NCBI GenBank assembly: GCA_044892525.1
Contig: CM097886.1
Location: forward strand, 82,584,001 to 82,648,000
DNA length: 64,000 bases
Origin: Schmidtea polychroa
Lineage: Eukaryota
Direction: 5' to 3'
Shown: positions 61,090-64,000 of the stretch, in pieces
How positions within the stretch are numbered: the stretch's first letter is position 1
Layout of the letters: the number at the start of each line of letters is the position of its first letter
The notes under the pieces: model-generated
What the model saw: only the letters and a program-made list of their open reading frames with translations
What the model was told of the DNA's origin: nothing
Databases searched by the model: none
Position numbers and translations under genes: made by a program

Positions 61090-63017
61090 TAGGGTGGAGC
61101 TTAAAAAATAAAAAAAAATAATTTTTGAAAGTCTTACCCCCCTAATCTGTTTCTTATGGTATAGAAACACTGTATAAAAAGTTTATGCAATAAATTTTTA
61201 TGTTTAGAGGTAGCTCAAGTGCCTGAAATATGATAAAATTTTTGTAAATTCAACAAATTCTGATTCTATTTTATTTTTTTGCAAACTTCAGTGTTACACA
61301 CATAGACATTAATAGTGAAATGTTTCTTTAGCTTCTGACACAAACAATCTGTAAATGTCCAGCAAACTTGAAATTAACTGTTATTATGTAAACCCAGAGA
61401 TGGCGGACAGAGTCTTTTTCCTGCTGTCGGGATACATTTTGCGATGGTCCTGGACAACTTGCAGCAAGAATTGAAGTTGTGTTTCATCACGGGTGATTAA
61501 TCCACTGTATTCCTGAATGAGGGCCACTCCACGCTCAGCATGGTCATTTACAATGTTCTGTCCCAGGCTTTTAGCAGTTTCTACAATAACGAAAACAGCC
61601 TTGCGATCTGACACTTTAGTTCTATCTAAAGCTACTGCAAGTTCTGGAGTAATAACAGTTTTTCGCCCCCTCTTTCTTTTTGGCGTCCGAAATGTGCTGC
61701 CTCCTGCAGCATCATCACTCAGATTTTCTCCACTTTTCATGTTTCCACCATCTAAGCTGGTTTCAGAAGATGACGATATCAGTTCAGCGGTAGAAGCTGC
61801 TAACTGCTTCACTTGCTCCATTCGCTGTCGCCTCGCAAGCATTTGCTCATCTCGTTCAAATGATCTTCTCTCCTTAGCAGCAAGTTTTTCATCTGCACCA
61901 GTCATCGACCCCCTTCTTCCTTTTTCTCTCTGGGCTAACAAGAAATTTTTATCTTCCTGTAGTACCGAGGGGCTGGTCAGTGCATCAGCATGAGCAAGAT
62001 CAAAGAGATCTTCGAGATTGGAACTAAAAGCTGATTCTCTCGCTAGTTGAGTTGTTGATAATCGTGCCTTGTTCTTTTTCAGAAGACGCCATTCTTCAAA
62101 TGCATGCTCAACCTTGGTTTGGCAGTTTTGATGATCTCTCATCGGGATCCTCGCCTTCTGCCAAAACTTCGATACTTCTGTAATGGTAACATCCGATGAT
62201 TGTCTTATTGTCTCTTTCAGTTCCAGATGGTGATGTAGGAAGAGTCCAAGAGCCATACGTAAAGATGGCAGCTTGCTGCCACGTAACTGAGTCACGGAAT
62301 CGCCAAGAAGATACAACTCAGTTTGAGATCGTGTTGCTTTTGCAACTGATGACATTTTCTTACAGAAATGAATCTGAAATGAATATTATAAAAATAGCAT
62401 TGACTTTGGAATCATGGATTGATATGTTAATTTATTACAAAATTCACATTTACTTATCTAACTAATCTATATCTTCATTTAATTACTATTCACACTTAAA
62501 CATTGAAAATAATATTCAATATTCAAATAACATTCAACTAACTTACCAGCAGCTATAGATTCAGGAAGGCTTGCTTCACTTCAGTGGCCTACCAGCAATT
62601 TAATGCTCACTTTAATAGTAGTGTTATCAACTGTTTACAATTTAAATTTATAAACACATTTGTCAAACTCCTGCAATAGCCAGTCCACACAGTAAACATA
62701 CTAAACAAGTCTGATCATGCCTGGACTATGAAGAATTTGTGTTAATTGTATATTGTAAAAATAGGATTGAAATGTTGTATGATTATCAGAGTCTGAGAAA
62801 GTCTCAATTTACTTAGTTCTCAGTTACTATAGTAAAGTACCGTAAATAAATGGGCGGCCGCTGCTTAAGAGTATCAGAAACTTCTCTGTCCTTGAGCTAC
62901 CCCTAAATATTGTTCAATTGTGTTCATATTTTGCCTGAATTTTTCTTTCATATATAGGAACAGAATGGGAGGGTAAGAAGGTAATATTTTGAAAGTTCAA
63001 AAATAAGCTCCACCCTA
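61090..63017 (-). mobile_element. hATm-like element, internally deleted
   Basis: 14-bp TIRs TAGGGTGGAGCTTA; 8-bp TSD GAAAATAC (61082-61089, 63018-63025). Confidence 0.9.
61384..62355 (-). CDS. Internally deleted hATm-like transposase (N-terminus fused in frame to the C-terminal motif)
   Basis: 323 aa. FWQKARIP and LFDLAH, then ALDRTKVSDRKA...SLGQNI joined directly to VNDHAERGVALIQEY near 61552. No catalytic core in between. Confidence 0.75.
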   Translation of the reverse strand: MSSVAKATRSQTELYLLGDSVTQLRGSKLPSLRMALGLFLHHHLELKETIRQSSDVTITEVSKFWQKARIPMRDHQNCQTKVEHAFEEWRLLKKNKARLSTTQLARESAFSSNLEDLFDLAHADALTSPSVLQEDKNFLLAQREKGRRGSMTGADEKLAAKERRSFERDEQMLARRQRMEQVKQLAASTAELISSSSETSLDGGNMKSGENLSDDAAGGSTFRTPKRKRGRKTVITPELAVALDRTKVSDRKAVFVIVETAKSLGQNIVNDHAERGVALIQEYSGLITRDETQLQFLLQVVQDHRKMYPDSRKKTLSAISGFT

Positions 63018-64000
63018 GAAAATACGGTAATAAAAGTGATTATATTTATAAATTTCTTACCCTTTATTTAAAACAATTACTTGTCGTCACTTTTATTATA
63101 GTTGGTAAACTGATTTTACTGGAAAATTTACGTAAAGAAAAATCAATTTAAAGAAAAACTAGTTTTTAACACAGATGGCTGTTCTTTTTAAAGAATTTAT
63201 TTTCAAATTTAAATTGAAAATCAACGATTTTATTTCGATTTCATTTATGCCAATTTGCAAATCTATTAGAATTTAGAAAAAATAAAACCAAAAACTTGAA
63301 AAAATTTCCGTATTTTTAAATATAAATGTGAGTCATATGCTCGTGGACCCTCTGCCAGCAGCCGGCAGACCCCCAGGGGTCCACGGACCACAGTTCAAGA
63401 ACCGCTGTCCTAGAATTTTGATATTAAAATATTTATATTTCTTCAAATATGATCATATTTTACCCTTAACTAATGTTTAATCGATTTAATCTCTAGAAAT
63501 CAACTTAAATTTTGGAGAATTCTTTTTCTTTTAACCTTTATTAATAAATTATAAATAATAAATTAAAAATTTGCAATTAAAGAAATTAAAATTATTATTT
63601 AATGAGAAAAATTATACAAATTTCTTTTATGACTTTTGAATCTTGACTCAATATTAGAAAGCGACTCTTAAATTTCTTTCGATTTTAATTTACCGCTATA
63701 TTTTGTTTTTATCGTATAACAAAGTAATTTTAACCAACATATTTAAACAATATTTTACACCAATATTTTACACCTCTTAATGATATTTCTGCAAACCCTT
63801 TAAAGAGTGTATCACCCATTTTTGGATCTTCTGACTTATCAACATGCAGATATAAATATATAATGAATAGTTTTTATAAAATTTGTTTACGGCCTTAGTA
63901 TCAGTATTATTTCAATTCTCACAAAAATGTTAGGATTTATTTCTAGAATAATAAATTTGGCACAGGCAGACATTATAGACATGATCTTTTGAAAGTTAAA

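Larger units (their letters stand above)
58807..63027 (+). mobile_element. pogo-family DNA transposon, right TIR split by a hAT insertion
   Basis: TA flanks (58805-58806, 63028-63029). Left TIR CCGTATTTTCGCGCATATAACCCGC. Right TIR is 61067-61089 plus 63018-63027. Confidence 0.92.
58150..63407 (-). mobile_element. Buster-type hAT element (outermost member of the nest), 3' part missing
   Basis: 5' terminus CAGCGGTTCTTGAAC at 63407 with flank TCCTAGAA (nnnTAnnn). BED-finger ORF 58355-58765 (RKYSAEYLSLGF, CVLC...MKPAKLRRHL..KH). Frameshifted continuation GKPHIIAE and PLSNDTV. Confidence 0.8.

Noticed and set aside
1-64000. tRNA, rRNA, spliced-leader RNA or hammerhead ribozyme genes
   Set aside because: None recognised by eye. 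CTGATGA occurrences lacked the flanking stems and GAAA core. A covariance-model scan would be needed to exclude them formally.

Overview
AT-rich, transposon-dense eukaryotic (invertebrate) genomic DNA. The 45-60 bp GT-AG introns and the repeat spectrum fit a triclad flatworm, but that assignment is inference only. Two host genes are on the + strand: a complete 8-coding-exon ubiquitin-activating enzyme E1 (UBA1, 13758-27457) and a complete 10-exon SLC7 LAT/HAT-family amino-acid transporter light chain (29810-56624). The rest is mostly mobile DNA. The most unusual feature is a Ty3/Gypsy retrotransposon of the CsRn1 type on the - strand (5' LTR edge at 6426, pol running off the left edge). Its 934-aa ORF1 reads: helical, possibly KIX-like domain; N/Q-rich linker; hydrophobic TM-like segment; an exactly 76-residue ubiquitin-like domain ending LSGG; then a Gag with no start Met of its own and two CHCC knuckles. 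An in-frame UGA occupies the fourth Cys position of the second knuckle, just upstream of an intact -1 frameshift cassette (A AAA AAC plus hairpin) leading into an open pol. Also present: about nine related solo-LTR-like elements (five with perfect 4-bp TSDs), a MULE with a 9-bp TSD, a three-level nest (Buster hAT > intact pogo > internally deleted hATm-like element inserted in the pogo TIR), several decayed hAT, Merlin and piggyBac remnants, MITEs, and a long inverted repeat inside UBA1 intron 2. Everything was read by eye; no database searches or alignments were run.
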